Assembly (NCBI GenBank): GCA_010093605.1
Contig: MU004196.1
Span: 1,510,606-1,574,605, forward strand
Direction: 5' to 3'
From: Lophium mytilinum
Lineage: Eukaryota
DNA: 64,000 nucleotides
Shown: positions 62,086-64,000 of the stretch, piece after piece
How positions within the stretch are numbered: the first letter of the stretch is position 1
Layout: every line of letters begins with the position of its first letter
The notes under the pieces: model-generated
Databases searched by the model: none
Told to the model about the DNA's origin: nothing
The model's input: only the letters and a program-made list of their open reading frames with translations
Made by a program: the position numbers and the translations under genes

Positions 62086-63760
62086 ATGTTCTCCAAAGTC
62101 GCGCTCATCACCCTTTCTGTGGCGTCGGTGGCCCTTGCGACGACGATAACAGAAGCATGCCCATCGCAAAACATTATCGTGGATGCTCTAGGCCCTGACG
62201 CAACGTCTTATTGCTCTTCTTACCTCTCTATCCAGACTCAAACCGAAACCGACTCTGTCGATGCCACCATGTACGCTGAACCCATCATACGGCCTTCCCC
62301 CTCGCGCCACTAACGAGCATTATAGAACCGAAACGGCCACCGAGACGGAGTACGCTGGAACTACAACCATCACGCTTGATAGCATCACGTCGACCGCCAC
62401 TGAATGGAGTACCGCCACAACCTGCACATCGTCCGCCGCCCAATCAGCCCAGTCGATATATAAGCGCGGCGCTCCCAAGACGATTATTGTGACTGCTACT
62501 ACAACAATCTGTCCTTGTACCGAATCTTCCTCAAAGAAGCCATGCACCGAATCTACTCTTGCTGGGCATTACTCAGCATACGGTCATTCTTCGGCTGCAT
62601 ACGGCGTTACCTCCTCTTCGATTTCCACGAAGACTCCATGCACCTCCTCTGAGTCTGCTCATGCCTATGGAGTTTCCTCGACCTACTCGAGCAAGACGCC
62701 GTACACTACCGGATTCGCTGGATACGAGCATTCGAGCTACCTCAGCTATTCGGCTGCTTCGCCGTATGGAACGCCTGTCTCCAGCTCCAGCAGCTCGGCG
62801 ACCTCTTCGCCTATTTACTCAGTGCCCCAAAATAGCTCTAGCTCTGCCTATGGCACGTCGGTCTATAGCTTTGGGACATCCGTCTATAGCTACAGCTCGG
62901 TCTATAGCACGGGTGTGTCGTCGTATGCCCCCGAGACTTCTATAAGCGAGACTCCGTCTTCGAGTTCTGAAAGCTCAAGCATCTACGAGACACCTTCATC
63001 CACTGTTGAAAGCTCGATTTCATCCGAGACACCGTCCTCCACAGGTGAAAGCTCAAGCACCTACGAGACTCCATCCTCGACATCTGAAAGCTCAAGCGTC
63101 TACGAAACACCATCTTCCAGTGCTGAAAGCTCATTGACACCAGAGACTACTCCTTCGCCGACGCCTACGCCGAGCCCTACCCCAACGGACTTCACAGCCG
63201 CGTGTGAATGTCTTTCGCTTACTACCCCTACGCAGACAGTCGTTTCCACAAATTCCGTGACGGTCACCGAGACCGATACCCAGACCATCACCCCCAGTGC
63301 TACCTTCACGCCGACTACAACAATTACAACCACGATGACAAGCACTTCAACCACTCAATGTGCCGCCCCCTCCGTCTGCACGGCGTCCCCTTACTGGGTC
63401 TCGGATTCCTATGATGCCTCAAGCAGTCTGGTCTGCGGCGAGACTCTACAAGCACGAGTTCTCGGCGGCGCGAACTTCGTTGGCGAATCGGGCGCTCCCA
63501 GTCTAGAATACTGCAGAAATCTTGCCAAGAAGTACGGATTCAAAAGCTTCTTTATTCAAGGTGGCATCTGCGCGTACTACAGCGCGTTAACGTCGGCGGT
63601 CCTCTCGGTTCATCCAGGAACCGGTGCTTCTACGGCGGTTTATTACGACGTGGATTGCTTCCAGCAGGTGGATCCTTGTGCTGCAGCTACCTCGAGTGCG
63701 GCGGCTACATCGAGTGCAGCGGCTACGTCGAGTGCTGCTCGCCCTGCGTATAGCGATTAG
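62086..63760 (+). CDS. Secreted Ser/Thr-rich (mucin-like) protein with Cys-containing C-terminal domain; intron 62271-62325
   Basis: Signal peptide MFSKVALITLSVASVALA, ATSYCSSYL and ACECLS motifs, Kex2-like KR, ETPSS repeats (~62940-63140), PAN/apple-like CRNLA..SFF..CAYY, terminal (AAATSS)3. Confidence 0.85.
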
Positions 63761-64000
63761 AATGGCGCTGTGAAGGATCCTATAAAGGTGTGATGAGATG
63801 CGGGATGATGGCGTGTGGAGGTTTAATGGGATCCAAGAAGGGCGAGTCGGTATACCAATAACCTTGTAATTTAGCTTGACAGCTCATAATCCCTTTTTAA
63901 TAGAACTCCATACCGATGCCACCAAAGTTCCCCCGGCATAGGAAGATAATTCGACACCATAACATCTGGTCTGATCTTGCAAGAGAGGTCTTCTCTTTAT

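Overview
Filamentous ascomycete (Pezizomycotina-type) genomic DNA. It has short GT-AG introns with CTRAC branch points and strong repeat-induced point mutation (RIP). Three parts are visible. (1) 1-33990 is a gene-rich, GC-balanced segment with about 17 genes: a LaeA-like methyltransferase, a 2OG-Fe(II) oxygenase, ARD1/NAA10, an Alba-like protein, an NADP-dependent oxidoreductase, a branched-chain aminotransferase, a nonsense-interrupted secreted GH43-like gene, a RING protein, a Zn-finger/Zn2Cys6 TF divergent from an SDR, and an AlkB gene flanked by two inverted paralogues of an LRR/RNI-like protein. At least four copies of a small, un-RIPed Tc1/mariner-type MITE are scattered through it, one inside an intron. 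(2) 33991-61435 is a 27.4 kb AT-rich RIP block that resolves by hand into a four-level nest: a Tad1-like LINE inside a Gypsy element, inside a second Gypsy element, inside a ~5.3 kb DNA transposon. That outer element has 188-bp TIRs, a DD34E transposase, apparently two extra ORFs and a repeated 3' motif/palindrome, and is the most unusual object in the window. (3) 61436-64000 holds a secreted Ser/Thr-rich protein gene. Protein calls come from motif recognition by eye. De-RIPed translations are my reconstructions. No database searches were run.
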